Assembly: GCA_964016885.1 (NCBI GenBank)
Contig: CAXHJY010001010.1
Coordinates: forward strand, 21,831 to 85,830
Origin: Eledone cirrhosa
Taxonomy: Eukaryota
Length of the DNA: 64,000 bases
Direction of reading: 5' to 3'
The notes beneath the pieces were generated by a model, which did no database searches, was not told the origin of the DNA, and saw only the letters and a program-made list of their open reading frames with translations. The position numbers were made by a program, and so were the translations under genes. Below, one piece after another: positions 1 through 14,378 of the stretch (positions are counted from its first letter, which is position 1; every line of letters begins with the position of its first letter).

Positions 1-627
1 CACCTAGTTCTTTTACTTATTTCGTTATTTCTTTATTTCTTTCTTTACTTCTTTCTTTCTTTATTTATTTATTTATTCTAGACTAACAATAGCTAGAGAC
101 CTAGGTCGTAGAATTTAATTTACTTTACTTTTTTCTTTACACTCATTTGTTTTTCTTTACACTTATTTGCTTTTCTTCACTCTCAGTATTTTTTCTTTCC
201 TATATATTTCTACCTCCCATTGTTCTACCTACCGTTCCGACTTCCTCCCCCTCCCCCTCCCCTGTATCTTCTTTGACCTCATGCCCAGCTGTAGCTGGCA
301 CTACAAACGCTTGATTGGGGCTACTCCACCTCCTCCCCTCTTTCTCCTACTGGCTAAGTTTCGCGCCAATTCGTGTTGCAAAAATTCTTGTGGTCAAAAC
401 AATTTTGATTGGTTGGTAGAGGTCATGTGAATGTTAAAAATTGATTTTGCGCCAAATGTAGGTTTGTGTCGGCTGATTGAGAAGTCACTGAAAAATAAGT
501 CTTTCAAAGCAAATATGTGTGTGCGTGTGTGTAGTAGTAGTAGTAAAGAGGTTCGTTGTTGTGATAATGATCAGCAGGGATGTGTGTGCGAACCGCAGCC
601 TGTTGACAGTTCAAATGCCTATTAAGA

Positions 628-678
<51 letters not shown>

Positions 679-1337
679 GAGAGTAATTCGTGGTAGAGGG
701 ATGGTCAGTAGGAATGTGTCTGTAAGTGTGTGTGGGATATTTTAACATGTTAAAAGATATTTTTCAGCTCTTGTCTTATACGGAGAAGTGTGTGTGTGTA
801 TATGTCTCTTTGTATGTTAATGTACGCGTGTGTATATGTGTGTGTATATATGTGTGTGTGTGTGTGTGAGAATGTGTGTGTGTGTGTGTGTGTGGGTGGA
901 CCACTATTTATTTTTGTGATACTGGTAAAATGGTGTACATTATTCGATATTTTAAGTAAAAACGATTCTCTCAATAGAACATGAAAAACCTTAATAATAA
1001 AAGGTGTGAAATGATATATAGTATTGGCATAAGACCAAGGTGTGTGTGAGTGTCCAGATTGTACGTACTGCAAGGGGAATCCATTAGGCCTTGCCGTATT
1101 GGAATACTTGTGTACAAATATGTATGTGCCCATCAGTGTGCAATGCATGTGTGCGTTTATGTATGTGTGTGTGTCGGCACGTTTATATCTATAGACATCA
1201 AAAGATATGCAAATGTGTGTATATTTGTGTTGCACCATATAACATGTGTGTTTACGTATGTCATTGTGTTTATATGTGGATAGAGATGTATGCTGATGTA
1301 GGTATGTATGTTGACGTGTGTATGTTGTGGATTCGTC

Positions 1338-1712
1338 TTAGGGAGAAGTGTTTAGACGGGGTCCGTATTTGTTAATAAAGTAAGATTCCTTGCTGATGCG
1401 CTGGGTGTGGGTGGCATTATCTTTAAATTTGTATAGGGGAAAGATTCTGAAGTTGGGATGATTTTGGGCGGCACAGGTATCAATGTGTTCACTCAGTGGT
1501 ATTTTCCTGTATTCCCGTATTTTACTTTTGGATCTATGGACAATCATGTGTTCGCGGTGGCTGTTTTTGGTCTGGCCTATGTATTGTTCTCGACAACCTG
1601 AGCAAGTTAATACATATATTATATTTTTGATGCGCATGTGAAATTGTGTTTTACTATAAAACGTTGTCCTTCTTTGAAATAGAATTGCGAACCCTCTATT
1701 AGGTTGATGCAT
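1338..1712 (-). pseudogene. Penelope GIY-YIG endonuclease fragment
   Basis: NIIYVLTCSGCREQYIGQT...ESYFI...LN is the Penelope GIY-YIG signature. Confidence 0.9.
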
Positions 1713-2164
1713 ATGCCACAGTTGGGTCTATCGCATTTTTTTTACTGTGGGTTCCGTTGTTGTGGTTGGCAGTACTTTGGCATGTGTTAGGATGTTTTTC
1801 ATTGACTTAGATTGTCTTTTGCTCTTTATGATATCGTGTGTTCGTAGGATTTGGTTCATTCTATGGTCATTTTTCAACACAGGGATGTTCTGGAGGATGG
1901 TGTCAAAGGCCTCATTGTTGAGGGGGTTGTGTGTGGAGATGTATGGAAGAGCTTTTAGTTTCGGTTGATTTACTTTAGGGTGTCTAAGGTCCTGGGTACT
2001 GAGTTTAGGGAACGTTGGATTCCATTGTCAATTAGTGATGCAGGGTAGTCCCTGCCTATGAGTGTGTCCTTTAGTTCTTGTAGCCGTAAATAGCAGGTGT
2101 TTTTATTGGAGACTATAGTACATATTCTCTTGGCTAAGTTGTAGGAATATTAATTTTAACGTGT

Positions 2165-3094
2165 CTAAGGTGGCAAGAGTTGAAAGGAAGATATTGCTTG
2201 GAGTCTGTGGGCTTGTAGTATATGTCTGTTTCTATTTTTTTTGTTATGGATCTTAATGAGGATGTCGCGGAAGGGGAGTTGTTGATGGCTGTATTCCATC
2301 GTGAAGTTAATATTCGTGTTGAGCCCATTTATAAGGGTGTGAAATTCTTTAAGTTTCTCGATGTTTTCGTGCCAAAGGATGAAGCAGTCATCTAGATATC
2401 GCTTCCTGTTCCTTTCTATGTGTAAGTGGAGAGTGTTTCCAAATTTGTTTAGTACTTTAGTGTAGAGGGTGATTTCCAGGTATCCCATGACTAGGTTGGG
2501 ATAAGTGGCGGCTGTTTTCGTTCCCATAGCGGTCCCAGATTTCTGTCTGTAGGGTTTGTTATTGAAAACGAAGTAATTGTTCTCCAAGATAAATTTGAGT
2601 CCCTCTATCACGAATTCTTTTCTGATGCGTTGTGGGAGTTCATTGTGGTAATTATCCAGCCAGAATTGGATAGCTTCTATTCCTAGGTTGTGGGGGATGT
2701 TGGAGTAGAGGTTGACTACATCGAACATCACTAGTAGGGTTTGTTCAGAAAGGGGCATATTAGGGAGGTGATTGAGCATATCTTGGTCGTCCCTTATATA
2801 GCTTTTGATGTGTTTGAGAAAAGGCTTGAGAAGGGTATCAATGAAGTTGCTAAGGCGGTGGGTTTCGCAAGCGGGGCCTGCTATTATAGGTCTTAATTTG
2901 AGATCATTGGATGAGGGGACATTGATGACTATGTCTGTGGCTTCCTTGCATGCCTTACTTATTAATTCGCTTTTATGTACTTTAGGGATACCGTAGAAAA
3001 GGCTGGATTTACTTGTGAAGTCTGTGATGAAGCTGAATTCCTTGTTAGTGAGTCCTTCTTTGTATTGGTTGATCAGAGTTTTTAGGTTTCTCAT
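2165..3094 (-). pseudogene. Penelope-type reverse transcriptase fragment
   Basis: Motifs FYGIPKVHK, LRPII, FDVVNLYSNI, QKSGTAMG, RYLDD; continues after a frameshift into TDIYYKPTDSKQYL..SCH (2134-2328). Confidence 0.92.
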
Positions 3095-3465
3095 AATTTT
3101 CTGTTGATTGTAGTGTTCAGCCTTTTCGTAGTGTTTCGTTTTCCAATGTGGAGAGCGCTAAGTTGATATAGAATTCTGTCTCCATTAGGACTACTGTACT
3201 CCCTTTATCAGCCTCTTTAATTGTAATGGTTCTGTCGGTTTTTAATCTATTTAATTCTTCCCATTCTTTCTTGTTGAGGTTTGGCTTGTGTTTTTGTCTG
3301 TGCAAGTGTTGGTAAGGGAAGTTTGCGATGTGTTCACAGAATTCGTCCAGGATTTTATTTCTACCTTTTGATGGGGTGTAATTGCTTCTATTTCTGGCTA
3401 ATGATTCATCCTCATTGTACTGGTCGAATAGTTCTTCACTGAGTCGTAACTTTCTACAGAAGTCT

Positions 3466-3510
<45 letters not shown>

Positions 3511-3513
<3 letters not shown>

Positions 3514-5791
3514 CGTGCTGTAGTTCTTGGAACTTATTCCTGATCCCTCTGATGTGCCTTAGTCTTGCAGGCTTGCGACAGCATATGGCCTCACGGTCTT
3601 ATTTGCTTTCTTCTTCTTCAACCTCAAGCGGATTTATCCAACCACGAGATGATGGTCAGATCCGACGTCTGCCCCTCGGTAGGTGCGAACATCCAAGAGA
3701 GAGAAACGCCACCTCATGCCAATACAGATATAATCAATCTCATTCCTGGTGTTGCCATCAGGGGAAGTCCATATCATCTTGTGAATCCGCCTATGGGCGA
3801 AGAATGATATAGTTATTGGTAGAAGAATGGGGACCAATCGGGAACAGTGGATCAGCAGTACTTTATGGAATGTCATTGACGAGAGGAATGATGTTAAGAA
3901 CAAAAGAGATCAAACCAAATCTCGACAGCAATGGAAGGAAGTGGACAAGGAGTACAGACGTCTTGACAAGGAAGTAAAGAAGAGCTGTCGAAAAGACAAG
4001 CGCCAGTGGTTAGAAGATCGGGCTGCAGAGGCACAAGTGGAAACAGATTGAAATGATTCCAAGACGCTGTACCGGATCGTGAGAGCTAACTGGTGGACGA
4101 AGTGGAAGCAGTTTGCCAATCAAGAGCAAAGATGCTCAGATGCTTGCAGCCATTGAAGAGCAGCCCCAGAGGTGGAACGAACACTTTCGTGAGGTCCTCA
4201 ATCAGCCATCACCCAACACAGGCTTCGAGCTTGTCTGGGAGGAAGCGAGCTACCGGCTGGATGTACAACTAGACGGCATCACAAGAGCTGAGGTGGCCAA
4301 GGCCATCCGCTCCCAAAAGAATAACAAAGCGGCAGGGCTGCATGAGATTCCTGCAGAGCTTCTGAAGCACGGCAAGAATGTAATAGAGGAGCAGCTCACC
4401 CATTTATGCAATGTGATTTGGCAAGAAGAGGAGGTGCCGGAGGACTGCGGAAATGGAGTGATTGTACCACTACCAAAGAAGGGCTGTCTCAGCGACTGCA
4501 ACAACTATAGAGGGATCACGTTGCTATCAGGGCCAGGGAAGGTATTCTGCACAGGCATCCTGAACCGGCTGAGAGCAGAAGTAGATCGTCATCTTCGAGA
4601 CGAACAGGCTGGCTTCCGCAGTGGAAGGTCTTGTTCAGAGCAGATCTTCACTCTCCGAAATATCATTGAACAATGTCGGGAGTTCCATAAGTTCCTTGTT
4701 GTCAACTACATTGACTTCAGGAAAGCTTTCGACAGTCGTCATCGGAAATCATTGTGGAAGATTGTAAGACTCTAGGGTGTCCTAGAGAAATATATTAACA
4801 TCTTCAGGTCGCTGTACCGACATTCCAGGTGCTGCGTTAGGACAAAGGACGGAAACACGGAAATGTTTGACATCTTGACGGGTGTTCGACAAGGCTGCAT
4901 CCTTTCGCCTTTCCTTTTCCTCATTGTCATCGATTTCATCATGAAGAAGACAATGAGTGACCCTCGTTTTGGCATCAGTTGGGATGGAAGGAAATTAAGC
5001 GACCTGGACTTTGCCGATGACATCGAAGTGATAGGCCATTCCCGAGAAGACCTGCAAGAGATGACAAACGTTCTAAATGACAATGCAAAGAAAGTTGGCC
5101 TGCGCATCAGTTATGAAAAAACCAAGACCATGTCGACAGGTGACCCTCCAAATCTTCCCATCATGGTTGGTCAGCGTAACATTGAATGTGTAAACCACTT
5201 CCAATACCTTCTGACGATGGGGATGCTGAGGTGGATGTGTGCACAAGGCTGGGAAAACAGCGGCGGTCTTCCAGCGACTCCGTCCGGTATGGTCCAGGTG
5301 TTCCATCGGCAACGCAGTCAAATTCCGTGTTTACATGTCCATTGTAGTACCAACAGCGATATATGTCTGTGAGACATGGAAAAGTACGAAAAGTGTATGT
5401 AACAAGCTTGATGTATTCCACCGTCATTGCATTCGGACCATATTGAATATTTCATGGTTAGACGAAGTTAGCAACGAGGAAGTGATGAGGAGGTCAGGAT
5501 TGGAGAGGTTAAGGGACATTGTCCGGAAAAGGAGACGGTGGTTCGTGGGCCACATCCTTCGTTTGCCGGCACATCGACCTGCTCATATTGCCATGGATTG
5601 GGTACCAGAACGTGGCAGGAGAGAACGGGGAAGACCACGAAAAACATGGCGGAGCACATTCAGGGAGGACCTGCGGGAGATGGGAATTACCTGGAGAGGT
5701 GCTAGAAGGGCCGCCAGTGACAGGATCAAGTGGAGGAAGCTCGTCGCTCAATGTTCCACAAGGGATTGGAGGAACTAAGATTAAGACTAAG
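3511..5791 (+). mobile_element. RTE-clade LINE, decayed, with an inverted 5' segment
   Basis: RT motifs NYRGITLLS, EQAGFR, IDFRKAFDS, GVRQGCILSP, DFADD; C-terminal GRPRKTW; short tandem tail (taagat/taagac) at ~5776-5791. About 3511-3815 encodes endonuclease C-terminus (WTSPDG..NEIDY..GADVGSDH) on the minus strand. Confidence 0.92.
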
Positions 5792-5803
5792 ATATATATA
5801 TAT

Positions 5804-6862
5804 AGTGGTGGAACACTGGAAGGTAATATCCGTAGTGGTAGAGAACTCCGTCCATGGAACGAGTTAGGTAGAAGTTGTTACACAACAGTTAGTTCACCAT
5901 ACCGAGAACAATTGTTTCACCTTAGCGGATCCTCAGCTCGGAATGAGCATGGTTATAGGAACAGAAAGGACAACCGTATGAACGCGCATGCGCAGAAACC
6001 CGGTCACTTCACACAGGCAATACTAGACTGCGTGCGAGAGGTGTAAGGGAGATAACTGCGAAAGTCCGAAAAGTTTTTAGGTTGAAAATAAAATTACAAA
6101 GAATCAGTCCGGAGCCTTGTAGTTATGCAATAGGTGTTTGGCGACGTGTGGACAACGTGTAAAATATTCATTTCTCGTATTTAGGCAATCACTATTGCGT
6201 AATCTCTTTAGAATAGTTATTCGTTCGTCAATACATAAGCCACACGTCGGATTTCCCCTTGCGTATGGCTTGGACTTAGTGATGGCTTTCCATTGAATGG
6301 AGTAGTCTATACTTGAGTCCTTGAGGGACCATACGTGGCTGAAGGTAGACTGGTGGTTCAGGAAACGTTCATTAAATCGTGCCTCCACCATGCCCACATA
6401 GGATTTGATCTCCTGTGGTTCGTTTGGTCGGTTGGAAGTGACGACAGCTTCATAAATTACAGCTGGTGTGTTGCATTGCTGTTGAAGCGGGTAAGCTTCA
6501 GGCTTACGGCAAGAGCACCCTGGTGGGGTGTTGCTCCTAGGGCTGCTGGTGATGTGGGCCTTCATGTTCTTAGCGCAGGAGTATCCTAGTTTAACTTTGT
6601 GTCGGTTAAAGAGGGATCGGTATTTATTACCTATGGGAAAATGTCTATCTAAGAGGGCTAGACATTTTTATCCTACATTGGTTTTAACGTTTAGTGAGAA
6701 GGGAGGAGAGAACCAGATAATTTGTCTATTGTTGCGCTTACTTTTCTTAATGGCGTTTTGCTAGAGGGAGAGTAAGTGTTAGGTTTTGAGAAGCCGCTGT
6801 TAGCCAAAGCCGTGTTATAGTAGGATGCCGCCCTGTCAAAGATAGCCTTATTAGAGGAAAGG
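5804..6862 (-). mobile_element. Penelope-like 3' fragment: GIY-YIG (6104-6565) plus pseudo-LTR with hammerhead
   Basis: ORF with CSC..PL..C..AVIYEA..SYVG..RFNERFLNH..CGLC..E..LN.R.E..CPH; ends at a TA run. Confidence 0.88.
5902..5941 (-). ncRNA. Type I hammerhead ribozyme motif
   Basis: Minus strand: ccgag-CUGAGGA-uccgcuaaggu-GAAA-caauug-UU-cucgg; 5-bp stem I, palindromic helix III ACAAUUGU, GUU site. Confidence 0.85.
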
Positions 6863-7360
6863 TATGTATGTATATATACACATACTACTGTACGTCTGTA
6901 TACATATATGTATGTACGTATACATACTTATATTTAAGTAATAGCCGTACTAAGAGTGAGAAATGAAATTTCGTTTCATTTTTTTCCATTTATCGTTTTA
7001 GGTGCTCCCGGCCGATTAACTCTCTCGATATGCAAATTAGGTTGCACAGCCGTTAATATACATAAGGAAAGTATATACTTTCAGACGTTCAATCATCTGG
7101 CAGGAAGGTATACGGTGCTGACGATAGCTAATAAGCTTGAAACTAGTACATCGTTCATTTGTCAGTGTTGAACAAAAGGTCAACGATGGTTGCTAAACAC
7201 TGTACGGCTTAATTCGGGATGTTTGTTTACAAACAAACCGAGCATTATAATAAATGTTCGGTGAATCCATACGTACATATTTATATGTGTGCATGTATGT
7301 ATATATATACATACTACTGTACGTCTGTATACATATATGTATGTACATATACATACATAT
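6863..7360 (+). mobile_element. Non-coding HHR element, family A (about 429-bp monomer plus terminal redundancy)
   Basis: catactactgtacgtctgtatacatatatgtatgtac occurs at 6881 and 7310; internal HHR; homologous to the units at 22-26.7 kb. Confidence 0.8.
7112..7154 (+). ncRNA. Type I hammerhead ribozyme motif (family A)
   Basis: acggug-CUGACGA-uagcuaauaagcuu-GAAA-cuag-UA-caucgu; palindrome ACUAGU, GUA site. Confidence 0.85.
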
Positions 7361-10300
7361 ATATATATATATATAAATAAATATATATAAATGCACACAT
7401 ACATATCTGTCTATATGTGTGCCTGTATGGTGCTAATCATCTTAACAATGTATTGACATGATTTTGATATAATTTTAATCACTTTCCCTGAACATTTACC
7501 AACTTATGTTAGTCATTTCTATAACTCTAAATACAGTTACAATAATTGGTTCAATGCAACATTCTGAGATTCCCTCATTTCTTCTGAATATTTGGCGTGT
7601 TAATACTGTTGGATTACTTCCAGTTCAACTGTGATTTCCCACTATTTGGCAATGGCGTGGGACATAGCTTGAAGCAATAATCCAGGCAACTAAAACTAAA
7701 ATATCTTTCACTGAAGCAATAAAATTTATTGTTGTTCTCGTATAGTAAATTATAGGAATATCTGCATATTTTAGACATATGTGCATTTAACGATGTGATA
7801 TTACTCCAAATTTCCAGTTTCATATATATTTTGACACTGGAATTTTATTCTTTCCTTATTTAGTATATTCACATTGCAATATGGATAGCTGGATGGATGC
7901 CCGAAGTTTTCTAGCATCAAAATACAAGATGTTTACATCAGCCTCTCCTATCTGGATAGAATGTACATTAAAAATATTGTATGCAAAATGGAGGTGTGAT
8001 TTATACAATAATATGCATGGTATTTCTACTAAATATTTCATACTAGTCTGTTCAGAGTAATTTTATAAATGTTTAACCATTTGAAACTTTTACTTTGAAG
8101 ATCCATGATTTTGTTTAACAAATTTCAATTTTTTCTGATAATTATATGCTTAATTGTGTATTTGTTTGACTCTCTATTTCTCCCTCTCTCTCTTTCTTCA
8201 TGCCTCTCTTTCTCCATATCTCTCTCTCTTTGTGCATGTGTGTTTATGAGATTTTGTAAATTTACTATAATATTTCTTATGACTTTAAGCAACCAACTTA
8301 TGATGAATGCAATTAAGATGCATGGTGTCAATCTGTATTTAAATTACCACATATATTAGTATATGCTACAGTGTGTATATAATATTTTGGTCTTAATTTG
8401 TTAGCCATACATAAGTCACTTGTTGTTTTTTTTAAAATATTTTCTGCATTTTAATGTAGCATTTTAACTACAAACAACAACAAATTAATTAGCTCAAATA
8501 ATCCCAACCATGGTCAATACAGATTAGAAGTATATATATCAAAACAATATTTTTCAATGATTTATGTTCGAAATGAACAGATTAACCTTGGATTTTACCA
8601 TATTTGTTACCATAATTCTAATGAAAGATGTTGCCTATAATTTTCAAATAAACAAGAATTTGAAAGGATTAATTAATATAACTTTCTCATTATCTACATA
8701 ATTTATCAAGGCGTTTTACATAAAATGATGGAAGGACTTTAGATAAATATAAATACTTCAAAACAAATCACATTTTATAGTAGAATGAGAGGTGGTTTCA
8801 GATTGTTTTGGTGCCAGAAGGACTAAATTACTACTTCTAATTGATTGCAATACATGCATGATCTAATTAGCATTAGTAATACATCTGGTGAATAAAAAAA
8901 AACTGCATATGTGTTTCACACATATAAAGGACTTGTATACATGAATTCATGAAACTGTATCATCACCAAAACATATGTTTTTTAACAGAATTGAGTTTTG
9001 CTGAAGGGGTTATCTTTTTGTTTTGGCGCATGATGTCATCAACATATATTTATTTACAATAGACTCTTTAGTAACATCACAAACTCACCTAACATATTCA
9101 ATCATTTTCAGGTCTCTGTGTGTGTGCTGCAAATCCCAGTCAAGAGTGAGATTCAGTTATGTGTGTGGATTTGCATGCTTGATTGTTTAGTAAAAAATTG
9201 TTACTTACTTGTGTGTATATATATCATTCCGTGTAAACAATTCATCTGAAGTCTTATTTTTAAGAAACATATTTAAAATTAGAGGTTTTATCACTTAGTT
9301 CAATTATTTAAATATCATAACACAACCATTTATTGCATTTATAGATGGGATTCATTATTTAATGTATTGAAATATATATATGTATATAAGTCAGAGCTAA
9401 AAATATATGCTTGACGATCGGTTTATGTAATATATATTTGACATACCAGTTTATTTTCAATAATTGTTTTCCTTGGGATATTTTTCAAAATTCCTGACTT
9501 GAATTAAACTAAAATGTAATTTACATATTTTCAATAATGAAGCACATGCACATACGTTTCCTGCTTTGTCATATTTAAAATGGACAATTTTGAAAGGGTT
9601 AAAACTGAATATAAATATGCTTTAAATTTTCTTAACCAAAATAATAAAACCTCTATTTTGAAGCTGTTCTATTAGTATTTTTTTTAGCTATTCAAGAACT
9701 GACACCAAATATATATTTTTCTCTATGTATGGTATTTGAATGGTGAATCTTGATAATCACAATAGAATTGGTCCAGTGTTAATGCTTCTTTCTGTATATG
9801 AAGAAGATAAACATTTATGTCAATGTGTTTGTGTATGCATGTGTGTGATATAAGATTACATACCTTAAAATCAAATTTCTTATATAATATATTTATGATG
9901 ATGGTATCAACCCAAATCAAAGTAGAAATGTTGTTTAGTTAGACTAGTTGCAAGAAATTAGATATTTATTTCTAAACAAAGTGAGAGCGTGAGAAATAAT
10001 AATCTATACTATCATAAGGGCCATGCCTGTCAGTCCGTCTATCATGCTCTCTCTATATATAGAGATAAATAATACTCCATCCTCTCTCTAACTAACTAAA
10101 ATGTAATGTGCAGATAAACGAAAAGTATACGGAGTTTTTTTTTGGTGGGTGTGGTTATATGTATATATTTCTGTATGTCCTTCAACATATAGACAACACA
10201 ACACAGATTTTAAAATGGACTTTAACTATACTGAAATATTTTTTGTTATTGAGAGAGAAATACAGTGAGAAAGAGGGAATAGAGTTGTTGTTTGTGTGTT

Positions 10301-11121
10301 TCTGTATGTCTTTCAGCATATTGACAACACAACATTTCTTTTTCTTCTTCTTCACTCGCTTGTTGCTGAGAGGGTCGTGGGAGTAGATTCCTCAAACACT
10401 CCTTCCAGTGGATCCTGTCATAATCAACCATCTTCAACTGATCCAGCAGCATCCCAGAAGGGGGCAAACCTTGACGGTTGGAACCTGGAACATCACATCT
10501 CTTACATGCAAGGAACAGAGGAACTAGTGGAGGGGGCTAGTTGCTACCAAATTGATATAATCGGAAAAAGACAATGCAGCTCAAACTTTAAAAAAAACGT
10601 TCACTATAATGACAGGGAGAGAGAGACAGATATGTAAAGAGAGTTGTCACCACACTATGAGTTTTGAAAACACGAGAATTATAAGTGCAAGTTTGTCAAC
10701 ACATGTGGAAAAATGTGTGTCTCTGTATGCCCTAAGGGAAACTGGGATACAACTAGTAATAATAATAATAATGATAAAAACAATATCTTAACAATAGAGC
10801 AATTGGGGATCATATGGTTGTGAGAACCAACCAATACTAAACAAAATGGTACTGGAAAAGTGCTCTACAAAGAAAAGAAGTCTCAGCACAGCCTAGATAG
10901 ATCTTAGATAACACCTCACTTTCATAGAGTCTTTAATCTCTTGAGATTTACAAAATATCCCTCAGAATTATAAATTTATTGAAACAAAGTATGGAAAACA
11001 ACCTTTTCTTGAAACACAACAAAGGGATAACAAATTCAGAAGAAATCTTGATATGCAGAGGAATATTCCAGGGAGATTCGTGGTCTAGTAGTCAAGTCAG
11101 AAAGCTTGTGATTGGCATATT

Positions 11122-11955
11122 TTCATAGGTATATTTTAAACTTATAGCCTCGTTTAAATGATTTTTGTATGGTTGATTATGCTGATTGGGAGAAGAAATA
11201 CTGTATATAGTTTATCAAATGATTCTATGGACTTACTTTCTTATATATTGCACTGATAGTTGATTATTTAATTAATTAATTCGTCATTGAGCCACACCGT
11301 GAATGGTTGCCTAAAACATATATATATATATATCTATGGCTCTGTCTAGTTTGTGTATATACACTTTTAAATTTTATATACTCCCGTAAGGTTGAGTAAA
11401 ACTTTAGGCAGTATTCGGCTGCGCTTTCTGGCAACCAGCCTACTCGCTGACAGGCACCAATGACAAGCTTTCTTACTTGACCATTAGCCACGTGACAATT
11501 CTTAGCCATTTTGAATTCGTTTCTGGCGGTGAGCATTTAAGAAAAAATCTTTGTTCAATTGAGGTTGTCTCCTGATGATTTCGAAACTCGTTGATTTATC
11601 CAAGATCGGATATTTCCAAAAAGCGAATGAAACCTAGGCGGTAGAGGTATATTTAATGGTTTTGGTATGTTTATGTACACCTTTTCTTCTAACTTTGATT
11701 CTGTACCTAATTATATATGGTTAACTGTATGTCTAATCAATTTCTACAGGCTATCAGAAATATTAGGTAAATTTTCTGTGGCTGTGAATCGCGGATAAAA
11801 AGCTATCATTTATTTATCTATTATTCCTTCATAGGTATATTTTAAACTTATAGCCTCGTTTAAATGATTTTTTATATGGTTGATTATGCTGATTGGGAGA
11901 AGAAATACTGTATATATTTTATCTAATGATTCTATGGACTTACTTTCTTATATAT
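11122..11955. repeat. Non-coding unit bounded by ~125-bp direct repeats (period ~706 bp)
   Basis: ttcataggtatattttaaacttatagcc...ggacttactttcttatata at ~11122-11247 and ~11828-11955. Confidence 0.8.
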
Positions 11956-11968
11956 ATATATATATATT

Positions 11969-12870
11969 TGGAAAGAGAGATGTATTTTAATTATGTCTCA
12001 TATAAAATAATACAACTGGTTATCCGCAAAATACGTATAGTTAGCACCCTAAACGTATAATTGGGATTATACTAAGTTATATCCTAATGTTTGTTGAGTG
12101 AGATGGAAGCCGGTCGGAGTATTGCTTAAAGCTTTCTCTGTTAATGTATTAAATATTATACTCTTGATTTGGCTAGGGATAAATATTTCCAGATACTTTT
12201 TAGGTATGACTTTCCGTATTTATTCTTTATATGAAATATTGATTTTTCTTCCGGTATCTTATCTCTGTTTTTAGCCTAAGAAAATACCTATATGCGTGTA
12301 TAAATAATACATGCATATATTTATTTTAATATCCAATTGAGTTCTTTACGCATGGTTAAAATTATTGAAAGAATTAATTGACCCACGTGCATATTATTTT
12401 ATTTTTCTATGTTTTGCGATGACCTCCCCTTTCCGCTTGATGGCAGTGTGAGATTTATCATTGTGAGACTGCTGGAATTTCAAATTTGGCGGTCATTCTG
12501 GCAAGGAGGGGTACCATCGCTGAACATTAATATCGGTAAGGTTTTTTTTATCGATATTTGTCGGGCATCCACTGATGATTTATAAGTGCACACCTACACA
12601 TATTGCTACGGACTATGTGTAGGCTTCTACATAACCTGGACATTATTTTCCCAATTTGTAGAACATTTATAATGAAACGATCGTTTGGAAAGAGAGATGT
12701 ATTTTAATTGTCTCATATAAAATAATACAACTGGCTATCCGCAAAATACGTATAGTTAGCACCCCAAACGTATAATTGGGATTATACTAAGTTATATCCT
12801 AATGTTTGTTGAGTGAGACGGAAGCCGGTCGGAGTATTGCTTAAAGCTTTCTCTGTTAATGTATTAAATA
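11969..12870 (+). mobile_element. Non-coding HHR element, ~717-bp monomer with ~185-bp terminal direct repeat
   Basis: tggaaagagagatgtattttaatt...ctgttaatgtattaaat at 11969 and 12686; flanked by (TA)n on both sides. Confidence 0.82.
12568..12689 (+). ncRNA. Type I hammerhead motif with extended stem II
   Basis: ucca-CUGAUGA-uuuauaa[~80 nt]uuauaau-GAAA-cgaucg-UU-ugga; palindrome ACGAUCGU. Confidence 0.78.
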
Positions 12871-13418
<548 letters not shown>

Positions 13419-14187
13419 TTGCTTGTGTTTCTTTCCATCTTCGGTTAGCTTTCCCCTGTGTTGTTTACTTGTCTCACTCGCTTTACGCGTTTCAATTGTC
13501 CTAATAACTTATTTTAGTTATTATCGCTCCAACGTGTGGTATCTGATTTTTAATGCGATGAAATACCAATGATCGTTGGCAAATCACTGATGAGGGACTC
13601 ATTTAATAACATGTAAATCCATGTGCAACCACGCAGTATTCTTCTCCCCATATTTTTCATATATTTACCTAAACTGCGATTATCTGTTTCTCTCTTTCTC
13701 TCTTACTGCTCCCTCGTTCTCTCTGTTTCTCTTACTTTCTTTCGTCCCCTCTGTCATGTCAGTTAACACTTTCTCTCTACTGACCTCTTCCTCGCACTTC
13801 CACTTACTCACTCTCTGTTTCTCCCCTTCTCACCTCCTCCCGTTCGCTACGAAAACGATTTTCCTTCTTTCTAACATCTGATTCACTAGCGGAAGGTCTG
13901 TTTCTAACTCGCTCATATATTCACACAGCTTATGCTGATAGAATAACCATGTTGCTTGTGTTTATTTCTATCTTCGGTTAGCTTTCCCCTGTGTTGTTTA
14001 CTTGTCTCACTCGCTTTATGCCTTTCAATTGTCCTAATAACTTATTTTAGTTATTATCGCTCCGACGTGAGGTATCTGATTTTTAATGCGATGAAATACC
14101 AATGATCGTTGGCAAATCACTGATGAGGGACTCATTTTATAACATGTAAATCCATGTGCAACCACGCAGTATTCTTCTCCCCATATT

Positions 14188-14197
<10 letters not shown>
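13419..14197. repeat. Non-coding unit with ~245-bp direct repeats (period 533 bp), pseudo-LTR-like
   Basis: ttgcttgtgttt...cttctccccatattttt at 13419 and 13952; flanked by (TA)n. Confidence 0.8.
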
Positions 14198-14240
<43 letters not shown>

Positions 14241-14311
14241 TGTATATAAATATGTATATATATATACATATAATACATATGATCAAAAGATGGTTAAATG
14301 ATTTCCATGTA

Positions 14312-14378
14312 TTTTATTATGCGCATTTCAAAAACAAATATCATCATGCAATAACATTTGTGTTTTCATCAGATAAAA
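14312..14378 (-). ncRNA. Type I hammerhead motif
   Basis: Minus strand: uuuuau-CUGAUGA-aaacacaaau..auuuguuuuu-GAAA-ugcgca-UA-auaaaa; palindrome AUGCGCAU, AUA site. Confidence 0.8.

Larger units (their letters stand above)
730..3468 (-). mobile_element. Penelope-like retroelement, 5'-truncated and frameshifted (RT + GIY-YIG)
   Basis: Minus-strand RT and GIY-YIG ORF fragments in the expected order; 5' end abuts a (TA)n tract at ~3469; the 3' boundary is approximate. Confidence 0.9.

Noticed and set aside
13470-13630. Complete hammerhead in the 245-bp repeat
   Set aside because: CTGATGA and GAAACGCGTA lie on opposite strands and no consistent stems were found.
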